DNA of 64,000 bases from Terriglobia bacterium (GCA_965223005.1 CBDCVK010000010.1:128001-192000); one strand, 5' to 3'. Shown: positions 22,981 to 33,523, counted from the stretch's first letter. The notes: a model not told the origin generated them from the letters alone. Translations and numbers: made by a program.

Positions 22981-23070
22981 GGGCAACCTTATGTCATGGA
23001 GGTCCAGATCTGGCAAGCGAACATAAATCCGTTTCGGGACTCCCCCGGCCGGCCGCGCTACAATCGAAGG

Positions 23071-23520
23071 GTGACGGCGCGGTACGAGATCCTGGAGCAT
23101 CCGGCCGACGTTGGGCTGCTGGCCCGCGGGGCTTCGCTGGCCGAATTGTTCGAGAACGCGGCAGCAGGAATGATGGAGATTGCCGTCGAGCCGGACGGCG
23201 TCGCCGAGCGCGAACAGAAGCGTATCGCCGCCGAAGCAACAGACCGAGAGGCGCTGCTGGTAAATTTCCTCCAAGAGGTGCTGTGGTTGGTGGATGGCGA
23301 AGGCTGGCTGGCCCGCCGCGTGGCGGTCACCCAAATCAGCGACACCCGCGTCTCGGCCACTGCCTTCGGCGAGCCGCGCAACGCGGCTCGCCACGCCATG
23401 CGGCTGATCATTAAGGCCGTCACCTATCACCAGCTTTCGGTGCGCCAGCAGTCCGAAGGCCCGCAGTCGGAAAGCCAGCAATCGGAAGGATGGAAGGCGG
23501 AAGTCTACTTCGACATATGA
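23071..23520 (+). CDS. Archease
   Basis: YEILEHPADVG, IKAVTYH, terminal FDI; stop overlaps rtcB start (ATGA). Confidence 0.93.
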   Translation: MTARYEILEHPADVGLLARGASLAELFENAAAGMMEIAVEPDGVAEREQKRIAAEATDREALLVNFLQEVLWLVDGEGWLARRVAVTQISDTRVSATAFGEPRNAARHAMRLIIKAVTYHQLSVRQQSEGPQSESQQSEGWKAEVYFDI

Positions 23521-24965
23521 TCCCCCGCGAAAAAATCCGGAAGCTGGACGATTACCGCTACCTGATCCCGCGCGACACGCGGCCCGGGATGCGGACCGAC
23601 GCCCTGGTCTACACCGACGCCGGCCTGCTGGAGCACATCGTGAAGGACCTGTCGCTGGAGCAGGCGGTGAACGTGGCCACGCTGCCCGGCATCGTGGGCC
23701 GGTCGCTGGCCATGCCCGACATCCACCAGGGCTACGGTTTCCCCATCGGCGGGGTGGCCGCCACCGACTGGCACGACGGCGTGGTCTCGCCGGGGGGCGT
23801 GGGCTTCGACATCAATTGTGGGGTGCGCCTGCTCGGCACTTCGCTGAGCCAACAGGACGTGCGGCCCCGCCTGCGGGAGCTGGTGTTGCAACTGTTTCGC
23901 GACGTGCCCTGCGGCACCGGCGGCCAGGGCCACGTCAAGCTGTCGACGGCTGAGCTGGACCACCTGCTGGTCCACGGCGCGCAGTGGATGGTGGAGCACG
24001 GGTACGGTCAGGGCGCCGACGCCGAGTTCACCGAGTCGGGCGGGGCGCTGGCGGCGGCCGACCCTGTCAAGGTCTCCGAACGCGCCCACCAGCGTGGCCG
24101 CCCGCAGGTGGGCACGCTGGGCAGCGGCAACCACTTCCTGGAAGTGCAGTTCGTCCAACGCATCTTTGATCAGCAAGCGGCCGAGGCGCTGGGCCTGGTG
24201 CAAGACCAGGTGGTGGTGCTCATCCACAGCGGCTCGCGCGGCTTCGGCCACCAGGTCTGCACCGACTACGTAAAAATGATGCACGGCGCCATGCAGAAGT
24301 ACGACATCAAGCTGCCCGACCGGCAACTGGCCTGCGCGCCCATCCAGTCACCCGAAGGCCAGGACTACTTGGGGGCCATGGCGGCGGCGGCCAACTACGC
24401 CTGGGCCAACCGCCAGGGCATCACACACTTCACGCGCAAGGCGATCCAGCGGCTGTTCGGCGAGCAGACCCCGGTGCGGGTAATCTATGACGTGGCCCAC
24501 AACATCGCCAAGCGCGAGCGCTACGTGGTGGAGGGTGAGCGCGAGCCGCGCGATGTGCTGGTACACCGCAAGGGCGCCACCCGTGCCTTCCCGGCCGGCA
24601 ACCCCGAAATCCCGGCGCGCTACCGCCACGTGGGCCAGCCGGTGCTGATCCCCGGCAGCATGGGCACCGCCTCCTTCGTGCTGGTAGGCGCCGAAGGAGC
24701 GATGCGGGAGACCTTCGGCAGCGTTTGCCACGGCGCCGGACGCATGATGAGCCGCACCGCCGCCAAGAAAGGCCGCAACGCCAAAGAAGTGCAGCAGGCG
24801 CTGGAGGAGCAGGGCATCCTGGTGAAGAGCGAGACGCGCGACGGCATCCTGGAGGAGATCCCGGAAGCTTACAAGGATATTGACGCCGTCATTGACGTGG
24901 TGCACAACGCCGGACTGGCCAAGAAAGTGGCGCGCCTGCGCCCGATGGGCGTCATCAAAGGCTGA
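23517..24965 (+). CDS. rtcB: RtcB RNA ligase
   Basis: MPDIHQGYGFPIGG, DINCG, GSGNHF, HSGSRG, HRKGAT, HGAGR, AYKD, IKG. Confidence 0.97.
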   Translation: MIPREKIRKLDDYRYLIPRDTRPGMRTDALVYTDAGLLEHIVKDLSLEQAVNVATLPGIVGRSLAMPDIHQGYGFPIGGVAATDWHDGVVSPGGVGFDINCGVRLLGTSLSQQDVRPRLRELVLQLFRDVPCGTGGQGHVKLSTAELDHLLVHGAQWMVEHGYGQGADAEFTESGGALAAADPVKVSERAHQRGRPQVGTLGSGNHFLEVQFVQRIFDQQAAEALGLVQDQVVVLIHSGSRGFGHQVCTDYVKMMHGAMQKYDIKLPDRQLACAPIQSPEGQDYLGAMAAAANYAWANRQGITHFTRKAIQRLFGEQTPVRVIYDVAHNIAKRERYVVEGEREPRDVLVHRKGATRAFPAGNPEIPARYRHVGQPVLIPGSMGTASFVLVGAEGAMRETFGSVCHGAGRMMSRTAAKKGRNAKEVQQALEEQGILVKSETRDGILEEIPEAYKDIDAVIDVVHNAGLAKKVARLRPMGVIKG

Positions 24966-25005
24966 ATTGCGGAATGAGCAGGATAAACCGGCGCGGGAGG
25001 TCCGT

Positions 25006-25827
25006 ATGGGAAAGCTGGCCACGACCTGGCAACTGGCCAAGGTGAGCTGGGGAGTGCTGCGCGCCGACAAGGAGCTGCTGTTGCTGCCGGTGCTGTCGGC
25101 CATTTGCGCTGTACTCGTTTCGGCTACTTTCTTTATTCCACTCATCTGGATGCCGCAAGAGGCAACCGAAGGGGAACCGGGCTTCTGGGTCTATCTGGGC
25201 GTGTTCCTGTCTTACTTCGTCAACTACTTCGTGATGATCTTCTTCAACACGGCGCTGATCGGCGCCACCACCATCCGCCTGCAAGGGAGTAACCCAACCC
25301 TGGGTCAAGGCCTCAGCTTTGCCTGGCAAAACCTGGGCCGCATTGCCCAGTGGGCCGTGGTGGCTGCCACGGTGGGCATGATCCTGAAACTGATCGAACG
25401 ACGGGTAGCCGCGCTGGGCAGGCTGATCGTCAGCCTGATTGGTGTCGCCTGGACGCTGGCCACGTATTTCGTGGTGCCGGTGATGGTCTACGAAAAGCTG
25501 GGGCCCATTGAGGCCGTCAAGCGCTCAGCCTTGATGTTCCGCCAGACCTGGGGCGAGCGCCTGGTCAGTGCGGTCAGCTTTGGGCTGCTGTTTTTCCTGC
25601 TTGCCATCCCGGCGTTCGTGGTCCCGGTGCTGGCTGGGTTGTTGCTGGGCGGCACCGCTTTTCTCGTGATGTTCAGCGTCGCGGTCCTCTACCTGATCCT
25701 GCTAGCGGTGGTCAGCGCGGCACTGAACGGTGTGTTCGTGGCGGCGCTCTACCAGTACGCCACCACCGGCCAGGCCTCGGGCCCGTTCACCCCACAATTG
25801 CTCAACTCCGCCTGGAGACCACGGTAG
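25006..25827 (+). CDS. DUF6159-like membrane protein
   Basis: SWGVLRADKELL, SALMFRQTWGE, ALYQYA; 5-6 TM segments. Confidence 0.75.
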   Translation: MGKLATTWQLAKVSWGVLRADKELLLLPVLSAICAVLVSATFFIPLIWMPQEATEGEPGFWVYLGVFLSYFVNYFVMIFFNTALIGATTIRLQGSNPTLGQGLSFAWQNLGRIAQWAVVAATVGMILKLIERRVAALGRLIVSLIGVAWTLATYFVVPVMVYEKLGPIEAVKRSALMFRQTWGERLVSAVSFGLLFFLLAIPAFVVPVLAGLLLGGTAFLVMFSVAVLYLILLAVVSAALNGVFVAALYQYATTGQASGPFTPQLLNSAWRPR

Positions 25828-25972
25828 CAGGAAACTACCGCTGGCCTCACCTCTCCAGCTAAAGGCTTCGCGCCTGGAGCAGCGATGACGCGACTGGTCC
25901 TGGGTTGATCGGAGAAGTTGATGGGGAAAATGGTATAAGAGTGGCGTAAGGATATCGCTGCGGAGAAATAGC

Positions 25973-26875
25973 ATGCGGGCACTCGTGACCGGGGGTACCG
26001 GGTTCATCGGACGGCGGTTGGTGAAGAGCCTCACCCGTCCAGTGGTGCTCAGTCGCGATCCGGAGCGCGCTAAGAAGCTCCTGGGTGAAGTTGAAGTTTA
26101 CCCCTGGGAGCATCCGGGCGCCCTGCCTCCGGAAGCTGCCTTCGACCAGGTGGAGGTGGTTTTTCACCTGGCTGGCGACCCGATCGCCGCAGGCCGTTGG
26201 ACCGAGGCCCGCAAAGAGCGCATCCGCGAGAGCCGCGTCCGCGGCACCCGCAGCCTCGTCACCGCCATCGAGTTGCTGCACCAGCGGCCCCGGGTGCTGG
26301 TTTCGGGCTCGGCCGTCGGTTACTACGGCGACCGCGGCGCGGACGTACTGGAGGAGTCTGCAAACCCTGGCAGCGATTTCCTGTCCCAGGTGTGCAGCGC
26401 CTGGGAGGCTGAAGCCAACCGCGCCGCCCCCCTGGGCCTGCGCGTGGTCACGCCACGCACCGGGATCGTGCTGGGCCTGGGAGGCGGCGCGCTGGCCAAG
26501 ATGCTGACGCCCTTCAAGCTGGGCCTCGGTGGCCGGCTGGGCAGCGGGCGGCAGTGGATGCCCTGGATTCACATCGACGACTTGATCGGGTTGCTGCTGC
26601 ACGCGGCCGAGAAGAGCGAGATTTCCGGGGGCATGAACACCGTGAGCCCGACGCCGGTGACGAACAGGGAGTTTACTCGGACGCTGGCCTCGGTGCTCTG
26701 GCGGCCGGCCATCTTCCCGGTTCCGGCGCTGGCGCTGCGAATACTTTTCGGTGAAATGGCTTCGATCCTGCTCAGCTCGCAGCGCGTCGTGCCGCGCGTT
26801 GCCGAGCGGACTGGCTATCGCTTCCGCTACTCAGCGCTGTCTGAGGCTCTGCGCGCCATTCTCAGCAGCGCGTAG
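25973..26875 (+). CDS. TIGR01777/YfcH-family NAD-dependent epimerase
   Basis: TGGTGFIG, SAVGYYG, GSGRQWMPWIHIDD. Confidence 0.93.
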   Translation: MRALVTGGTGFIGRRLVKSLTRPVVLSRDPERAKKLLGEVEVYPWEHPGALPPEAAFDQVEVVFHLAGDPIAAGRWTEARKERIRESRVRGTRSLVTAIELLHQRPRVLVSGSAVGYYGDRGADVLEESANPGSDFLSQVCSAWEAEANRAAPLGLRVVTPRTGIVLGLGGGALAKMLTPFKLGLGGRLGSGRQWMPWIHIDDLIGLLLHAAEKSEISGGMNTVSPTPVTNREFTRTLASVLWRPAIFPVPALALRILFGEMASILLSSQRVVPRVAERTGYRFRYSALSEALRAILSSA

Positions 26876-26926
26876 TCATAATTTCCCACGAGAGCACACA
26901 GCGGCAACTATAATCAAAGCAAGGCA

Positions 26927-27562
26927 ATGAAGTGCGTCTTATGCAATCAGAGGAGCGGCAAACGGTACTGCCCGGGAGTGCGCGGCTACATCTGCGGGCC
27001 CTGTTGCGGCACGGAGCGCGAAGTCTCGATCGAATGCCCCTTTGACTGCGTGTATCTGCAGGAAGCGCACCGCCGTGAGCTGGAGCGTGCCGAACCTCCA
27101 ACCGAGGTGCTTTATGCCGGTCACGAAGTTCCCCGCGACTTCGTGCACGAAAAGGAGCCATTCATCGGCGGCTTGTCGCACTCGTTGCTGCGCTACGCAA
27201 TGAACAACCCAGGGATGGTGGACGCCGACGCACGAGCCACGCTCGACGCGTTGGTCCGCACCTACGAGACACTCTCCAGCGGCCTGGTCTATGAGACGCT
27301 GCCCGAGGGACTATTGCGGGTCAACTTGTACAGGGAGTTGCAAAAGTTCTTCGAGGACTGGAGGAAACAGGAGTCGGAGCGTGCCGGCATGACGGTGATC
27401 CGCGACGGGGACATGTTGCGCTCCCTGGTGTTCCTGGGACGGCTGGCGCAGGTCCACGACAACCGCCGGCCTCGCGGCAAGGCTTTCGTCTCCTTCCTCC
27501 GTCGCGTCTTCCCCGAGCCCACGACTCCGGAGTCCCAGCGCCTGATCATCCCTGGCGCTTGA
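26927..27562 (+). CDS. Hypothetical protein with Cys-rich (putative Zn-binding) N-terminus
   Basis: CxxC..CP..CxxCC..CPxxCxYL. Confidence 0.8.
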   Translation: MKCVLCNQRSGKRYCPGVRGYICGPCCGTEREVSIECPFDCVYLQEAHRRELERAEPPTEVLYAGHEVPRDFVHEKEPFIGGLSHSLLRYAMNNPGMVDADARATLDALVRTYETLSSGLVYETLPEGLLRVNLYRELQKFFEDWRKQESERAGMTVIRDGDMLRSLVFLGRLAQVHDNRRPRGKAFVSFLRRVFPEPTTPESQRLIIPGA

Positions 27563-27607
27563 GCAGTCGCTGCCTGCGGAACTCAGCGGCTCCCCGACTG
27601 CGCCAGC

Positions 27608-28456
27608 TCACCTCCGAGCGCGCGGGTAGCTGCCCAATACGCGCAGGAACTGGGTGAGTTCGACCAGGTGACGCAGGGCGTTGCGGCAGCGCGGTTGTTT
27701 TGGTTGACCCAGAAAATCCAGGTAGAAGAAGTATTCCCAGGGGCGACCACGCACCGGGCGCGACTCGATCTTGTTCAGGTTGATGTCGCGCAGGGAAAAC
27801 GCGCCCAGACACTTGAACAGGGCGCCGGAGACGTTCTGAGTAGCAAAGACAATGGAAGTCTTGTCGGGCGAGCCCAGGCGGCGCAGCCCGGGCAGAGCCC
27901 GCCCGCGGCGCGCCAGCAAGAAGAAGCGCGTGTAGTTTTCCTTGTCATCTTCAATGCTCCGCCGCAGGATGCGCGCGCCGTAGATGGAGGCGGCGGCGGC
28001 GCTGGCAATGGCGGCCGCGTCCGGCTCCCGCTGCTCCATGATCATCTTGACGCTGCCGGCGGTGTCGTAAAACGGGACTGACTGGAGCTTCCGGTGGCGG
28101 CGGAAAAGGCTGCGGCATTGGCCCAGTGCCACCGGGTGCGAGAACACCCGGCGAACCTTCCCGAATTGCACCCCCGGCGGGGCGATCAGGTTGTGCACAA
28201 TGCGCACCTGGGTCTCAGCGACAATGGGGAAGCGGTACTGCAGCAACAAATCGTAGATTTCGTGCACCGAGCCCGCCAGAGTGTTCTCGATCGGCAGGAG
28301 GCCGCAGTCCACTTGGCCGCGCGCCAGGCGCCGGAACGCTTCTTCAAAGCTGGCCGAGGGCACCAGTTCGATCCGCTGGCCCAGAAGCTTTCGGGCAGCT
28401 TCCTCGCTGAAGGCGCCTCGTTCTCCCTGAATGGCCACACGCATGGCGCGCATCAT
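27608..28456 (-). CDS. pheA: Prephenate dehydratase
   Basis: QGERGAFSE, PIENTLAGSV, NYTRF, KIESRP (ACT). Confidence 0.95.
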   Translation of the reverse strand: MMRAMRVAIQGERGAFSEEAARKLLGQRIELVPSASFEEAFRRLARGQVDCGLLPIENTLAGSVHEIYDLLLQYRFPIVAETQVRIVHNLIAPPGVQFGKVRRVFSHPVALGQCRSLFRRHRKLQSVPFYDTAGSVKMIMEQREPDAAAIASAAAASIYGARILRRSIEDDKENYTRFFLLARRGRALPGLRRLGSPDKTSIVFATQNVSGALFKCLGAFSLRDINLNKIESRPVRGRPWEYFFYLDFLGQPKQPRCRNALRHLVELTQFLRVLGSYPRARR

Positions 28457-29160
28457 ATACCATCCATAGCATCATCCGTGGGGCTACCCGTGGGACCATC
28501 GGTCGCGCGCAGGCGGCGCTTCATCCGCGGACCCAGGTAGAAGCCGGCCCACAGGTCAATCGCAAAATGCGCCCCAATGGCCGGCCACAGGCTTCCTGTG
28601 ACGGCGAAGGCCCCCAGCAGCAGCGCGCCCAGCACCGTGGCGCGGAACACGCCATACCAGCCTTGGTAGAGGTGGGTCAGTGCAAACGCCAGCGTGGCCA
28701 GCCCTGCGGCACTCCAGGCGGGCAGCCAGACCGCTGCCCGCCCGTAGGCAAAGCCGCGGTAGAGCACCTCTTCGCAGAAGCCCGCGGTCAGCGCCAGACC
28801 AACGAAGGCTACCTTCTCCGCAGCCGATTCCGGGATTAACCACAGCACCAGCGAGTCTTCCCGTCCCGGCGGGCGCGCCAACAGGCGCGCCACTGCGGCC
28901 ACCGCCGCCAGTGCCAGTAAGGTAGCCAGCGCGGCGCCTTCGATGCCCCAGTGCCCGGCAGTGCCCAAGCCCAGCGCAAAACCTTCCCGGTGCGCCGCCC
29001 AAAGGACCAGCACTGTCGCGCCCCACTGGATGGCTATGCTTTGACCGTAGAGCAAGAGGCGCGGCCATTCCACCAGCTCCAGGCGATGCTGGTGCAGGCG
29101 GATGGCCATCAGCGGAAAACCAGCGTAAACCAACAGCAGCAACGCCACAGCTGGCAGCAC
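28453..29160 (-). CDS. CPBP (CAAX/Abi) intramembrane metalloprotease
   Basis: EEVLYRG, FALTHLYQ, H..D motifs. Confidence 0.88.
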   Translation of the reverse strand: MLPAVALLLLVYAGFPLMAIRLHQHRLELVEWPRLLLYGQSIAIQWGATVLVLWAAHREGFALGLGTAGHWGIEGAALATLLALAAVAAVARLLARPPGREDSLVLWLIPESAAEKVAFVGLALTAGFCEEVLYRGFAYGRAAVWLPAWSAAGLATLAFALTHLYQGWYGVFRATVLGALLLGAFAVTGSLWPAIGAHFAIDLWAGFYLGPRMKRRLRATDGPTGSPTDDAMDGI

Positions 29161-29266
29161 GCTTGTCAGCTTAGCAGGGATTTTTACACTCGGGCACTGC
29201 GGAGCTTGGCGGCGGGTTGATGCAGTCGCCAGGTCGGCACGGTTGGGGGGGCGCTATACTTGTGCG

Positions 29267-29929
29267 GTGAAAATCCTGGCGGAAATCGTCCCGGGACCGG
29301 CAGGCGACCTGGAAGGGTTGCTAACAGTGCCCGAGCAGGCGGTGGCGAGCCAGCCGCTGCAGATAGCGGTCGTCTGCCACCCGCACCCGCTCTACGGAGG
29401 CACCCTGCACAACAAGGTTGTGTTCCACGTGGCGCGGGCGCTCGCTGGGCTGGGCTGGCCGGTGCTGCGCTTCAATTACCGAGGCGTGGGCCGCAGTGCC
29501 GGAAAATTGGAGAAGGAGGCAGGCGCCGTGGCCCTTCTCCAGGCCGCAAGCGGGGATTTGCAGGCTGTCCTGGACTGGCTGCTCGCTCGCTTTCCCGGAG
29601 CACAGATCTGCGGCACCGGATTTTCCTTCGGCGCGAAAGCGGTGCTCCAGGTGGCGCAATCAGACACGCGCCTGGCGCGGCTGCTGGTCGTCGGGACGCC
29701 GGTGGCAATGGGTGGCGACCTCGACCTGTTTCCCCTCGTTGCCGGCCTAACCCAGCCCAAGCTGTTCATCCAGGGCGAGGCCGACCAGTACGGTCCACCT
29801 GAGCTGATTCGCCGGCTGTTCGAAGCGGCCGCCAACCCCAAGCGTCTGGTCATGATCCCTGGGGCAGGACACTTTTTCGAAGACCACCTGAACGAATTGC
29901 GCGCCGCAGCCGCTTCGGTCGCCGACTGA
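29267..29929 (+). CDS. Alpha/beta hydrolase
   Basis: HPHPLYGG, RFNYRGVG, GFSFG, GAGHFF. Confidence 0.92.
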   Translation: MKILAEIVPGPAGDLEGLLTVPEQAVASQPLQIAVVCHPHPLYGGTLHNKVVFHVARALAGLGWPVLRFNYRGVGRSAGKLEKEAGAVALLQAASGDLQAVLDWLLARFPGAQICGTGFSFGAKAVLQVAQSDTRLARLLVVGTPVAMGGDLDLFPLVAGLTQPKLFIQGEADQYGPPELIRRLFEAAANPKRLVMIPGAGHFFEDHLNELRAAAASVAD

Positions 29930-29943
29930 CGGTCCGTGCGGCT

Positions 29944-30357
29944 TCATTCCAGTTCCAGGCGAGTAATCTCCAGGTTGGGCGCGACCCGGTTCCAGGAACT
30001 GGGGATTTCCTCAAAGCCCATGCGGAACTGGCGCGACTGACCGGGGTCCAGCGGTACGAAGCCGGGGCGGATGACCGCGTTGCGCTCGAGCAACACCGCC
30101 TCGCCGCGACTATCGCGAAAGCTCACGCTCACTTCCAGCAGGGTGATGGTCCGATCGCCGCCGTTGCTCACCTCCCCCGCCACGTAATACACGGTTTGCC
30201 CGACCATGTTCTCCCGAGCGCTCAAGCGGAAATTAGAGAACGAGATCCGGGTTGCGTAATTCGCAATGTCGCGCGGGGAAAGCTCTGGACCAGGATGGCA
30301 GCTCCAACAAAGAAACGCCGCCAAGCAGAGGAAAAGCACTAACGAATTCCTGCTCAT
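29944..30357 (-). CDS. DUF3426/FxLYD-like exported lipoprotein
   Basis: Lipobox-like CWSC; GEVSNGGDRT; PLDPGQSRQF. Confidence 0.7.
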   Translation of the reverse strand: MSRNSLVLFLCLAAFLCWSCHPGPELSPRDIANYATRISFSNFRLSARENMVGQTVYYVAGEVSNGGDRTITLLEVSVSFRDSRGEAVLLERNAVIRPGFVPLDPGQSRQFRMGFEEIPSSWNRVAPNLEITRLELE

Positions 30358-30495
30358 CGGGGCGAAAATGACTGCCGCTGGAACAGAGAGGCACACCTAC
30401 AAAGAGAATAATCCGCAAATTTCGCGGATTTCACAGAAAGCTCGGGGCAATCTGCAGAATCTGTGGATTCCTTCCGTTACTGCTCGCTTTTAGCT

Positions 30496-31844
30496 TCAGA
30501 GCCCGGCGACGGTCATCTCGGCGATCTTGATCGTGGGGGCCGCCACCGCGCCGCGAAATTCCAGGTCGTTACCCACCATCTCCACGCCGCGCAGCATGTC
30601 GAGCAAGTTGCCGGCGATGGTCACCTCCTCCACCGGATAAGCCAGCTCGCCGTCTTCAATCCACAGACCGGCTGCGCCTCGGGAATAGTCGCCCGTCACC
30701 ATGTTCACTCCGAAGCCGATGCATTCGGTCACGTAGAAGCCGCGCGTCACCGACCGAAGAATCTCTTCAGGAGAATGTTCTCCAGCCAGCAGATAGAAGT
30801 TGCCGGGACTGATGCCAGGATTACCTGCCAGTCCGCGCGCGGCATTGCCAGTGGTAGGCATGCCGAGCTTGCGTCCCGCGTAGCAATTCAGCAGGAAGTT
30901 GCGGAGCACTCCCTGCTCAACCATTGGAGTGCGCCGGGTGGGCACTCCCTCGTCATCGAAGGGCGAGGTGCCAAAGCCCCTCGGCATGGTGCCGTCGTCC
31001 ACCAGGTTGACCAGCGGGAAGCTACCGGCTCACCCAAGCGTCGTGCCAGGAAGCTGGCTTCACGATAGACGGCTTCGCCATTGAGCGCTTCGGCCAGGTT
31101 TCCCAGCAGGCCTTTGGCGGTGCGCGGTTCAAACACCACTGGCACGCGGCAGGTATCCACCTTGCGCGCCCCCAGGCGTCTCACGGTGCGCTCGGCGGCG
31201 ATGCGCCCCACCTGCTCCGGATTCTCCAGGCCGGCCAGATTGCGGGAGATCGCATACCAGTAGTCACGCTGCATGGCTCCGCCGTTGGAAACGGCGATGG
31301 GCACCGCGCTCAGCAGGCAGTAGGAGCGGTTGTATTCGCCCAAAAAGCCGCTGGAATTGGCCAGTATCTGGCGGCCGCTGACGGCATCGAAGGAGCCCCC
31401 CTCAGAGTTCTGGATGCGCGGGTCATAAGCTAGCGCGACGCGCTCGGCCGTGCGTGCCAGTTCAATCCGCGCCGGCACCGGCAGGGCATCCATGTCGTCA
31501 AAGCAGAGCTCGAGGTCGCCGCTGAGCTGTCCCAACAGCTCCGGCTCGGGCAGCCGATGCAGCGCATCCTCGGAGGTAAAGTGCGCCATGGCCAGGGCGT
31601 CGCGGACAGCGCGCTCCACTCCTTCGCGGGAAAAGTCGGAGGTGTAGCAACTGGCGGCGCGTTGCTCCACAAGCACGCGCACGCCCAGGGCCTTCGACGC
31701 CGCCTCCTTCACCGCCTCCACTTCGCCCAGGCGCACCGTAACGGAGAACTCGCGGCCGTCGCGGATGACGCACTCGGCAGCGTTGGCGCCGCCGCGGCGG
31801 GCACGCTCGACCACGTCAACGGCCAGGTTTTTCAGCTGCTCCAT
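30496..31844 (-). CDS. pmbA: PmbA/TldE metalloprotease subunit, split by a 1-nt frameshift near 31016
   Basis: N-terminal ORF plus C-terminal ORF (PFDDEGV, GVNMVTGDYS, TIAGN); adding one C restores ASPLVNLVDD. Confidence 0.9.
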
Positions 31845-31861
31845 GTTCAAAGCGACTCGCG

Positions 31862-33298
31862 TCAGCCGGTGCCGCCGACCGTCAGACGGTCCACCCGAAG
31901 GGTAGGCAGGCCCACGCCCACCGGCACCGACTGCCCGTCCTTGCCACAAGTGCCGATGCCTTCGTCCAATTGCAGATCGCCGCCAACCATCGAGACCTGC
32001 GTCAGCACCTCCGGGCCGCTACCGATCAGCGTGGCGTTGCGCACCGGCCGGGTGATGGCGCCGTTTTCGATCAGGTACGCTTCCGAGGCGGAGAAGACGA
32101 ACTTGCCGTTGGTGATGTCCACCTGCCCGCCGCCAAAGCTGACGGCGTACAGACCGCGGTCCACCGAACGGATGACTTCCTGCGGGTCGCTCTCTCCCGC
32201 CAGCATGTAGGTGTTGGTCATGCGAGGCATGGGCATGTGCTCGTAGCTTTCGCGGCGCCCGTTGCCGGTGAGCGGGGCGCGCAACAACTGCGCGTTCAGC
32301 TTGTCCTGCAAGTAGCCCTTCAGTACCCCCTTTTCGATCAGTACCGTGCAATTGGTCGGCGTACCCTCGTCGTCCATGTTCAATGATCCGCGGCGGGCGG
32401 GGATGGTCCCGTCGTCCACCACTGTGCACAGCTCGCTGGCCACTCGCTGGCCGAGGCGCCCGCTGAAGGCGGAAGTTTTCTTGCGGTTGAAGTCCGCTTC
32501 CAGACCGTGGCCCACTGCTTCATGCAGCAGGATGCCCGGCCAGCCCGGACCGAGTACCACCGCCATCTCGCCAGCGGGGGCGTCGGTGGCTTCCAGTTGT
32601 ACAACAGCCTGGCGCGCCGCTTCGGTGGCGAAGTGCTCGGGGGTTTTCTCTCGCTCGAAAAATTCCAGCTCGACTCGGCCGCCCCCGCCGCTTGTGCCAC
32701 GCTGAGTGATCTGGCCCTGGCGTGCCAGGCAGACCAAGCTGAGGCGGGCCAAGGGTTGGAAGTCACCCACCAGCCGCCCGTCGGAGCCGGCCACCATCAC
32801 GTAGCGGACCTCGTCGGCATAGCCGACGCGCACCTGGAAGATGCGGTGGTCGTGGCGACGGGCGGCCCGGTCGGCGCGGAACACCAGCTCCATCTTGCGT
32901 GCCAGTTCCACGTCGGTGGGCGCGGTGAGGACCGGGTACAGGTTGCGCTCCACGGTAGCGCCCGCCAACCCCACCGTGCTCACGCGGGCCGGGCCGCTGG
33001 CGATTTGGGCGGCGATGCGCGCCGCCTGCAGGATTTTTTCCGCGGCCAGATCGTCGGTGTAGGCGTAGCCGGTCTTCTCGCCGGAAATGACCCGCACGCC
33101 GCAGCCCACCGACACTCCCTGCGTCGCTCCCTTCACGATGGATTCATCCAGACTGATGGAGGTGGTAGCCTGATACTCGAAATACAGGTCGGCGTAGTCA
33201 CCACCGGCCGACAGCGCTTCCCCGAGATAGCGCTCCAGATCGCGCTCGGTCACGCCGTACCGTTCGTCGAAGAACTTGCGTTCGGGCTTGGTCGTCAT
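31862..33298 (-). CDS. tldD: Metalloprotease TldD
   Basis: GILLHEAVGHGLEADFNRK, MPRMTNT, CGKDGQSVPVG. Confidence 0.95.
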   Translation of the reverse strand: MTTKPERKFFDERYGVTERDLERYLGEALSAGGDYADLYFEYQATTSISLDESIVKGATQGVSVGCGVRVISGEKTGYAYTDDLAAEKILQAARIAAQIASGPARVSTVGLAGATVERNLYPVLTAPTDVELARKMELVFRADRAARRHDHRIFQVRVGYADEVRYVMVAGSDGRLVGDFQPLARLSLVCLARQGQITQRGTSGGGGRVELEFFEREKTPEHFATEAARQAVVQLEATDAPAGEMAVVLGPGWPGILLHEAVGHGLEADFNRKKTSAFSGRLGQRVASELCTVVDDGTIPARRGSLNMDDEGTPTNCTVLIEKGVLKGYLQDKLNAQLLRAPLTGNGRRESYEHMPMPRMTNTYMLAGESDPQEVIRSVDRGLYAVSFGGGQVDITNGKFVFSASEAYLIENGAITRPVRNATLIGSGPEVLTQVSMVGGDLQLDEGIGTCGKDGQSVPVGVGLPTLRVDRLTVGGTG

Positions 33299-33363
33299 TG
33301 TCGTTCCTATTCTATTCCAGGAACGCCTGCCAGGGTAAACACCTGCACGCCAGTCTACCAGGA

Positions 33364-33432
33364 ACCGCTCCTTGAAGGTCGCGGCTCGGCCCGGCGTGCA
33401 AACCAACAGAGCCGCGCGCGTCAACAAGCGGT
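33364..33432. repeat. Inverted pair of 24-bp REP-like units
   Basis: ACCGCTCCTTGAAGGTCGCGGCTC ... GAGCCGCGCGCGTCAACAAGCGGT (imperfect inverted repeat) between divergent tldD and valS. Confidence 0.6.
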
Positions 33433-33523
33433 GCGCTTGTGCTGGCGGGCGCTGCACGCCGCGGATCGCAGATCCCGGCCCTACGCGCTTCGCAACTTTG
33501 CGGCATGCTATATTTAGTTGTTT

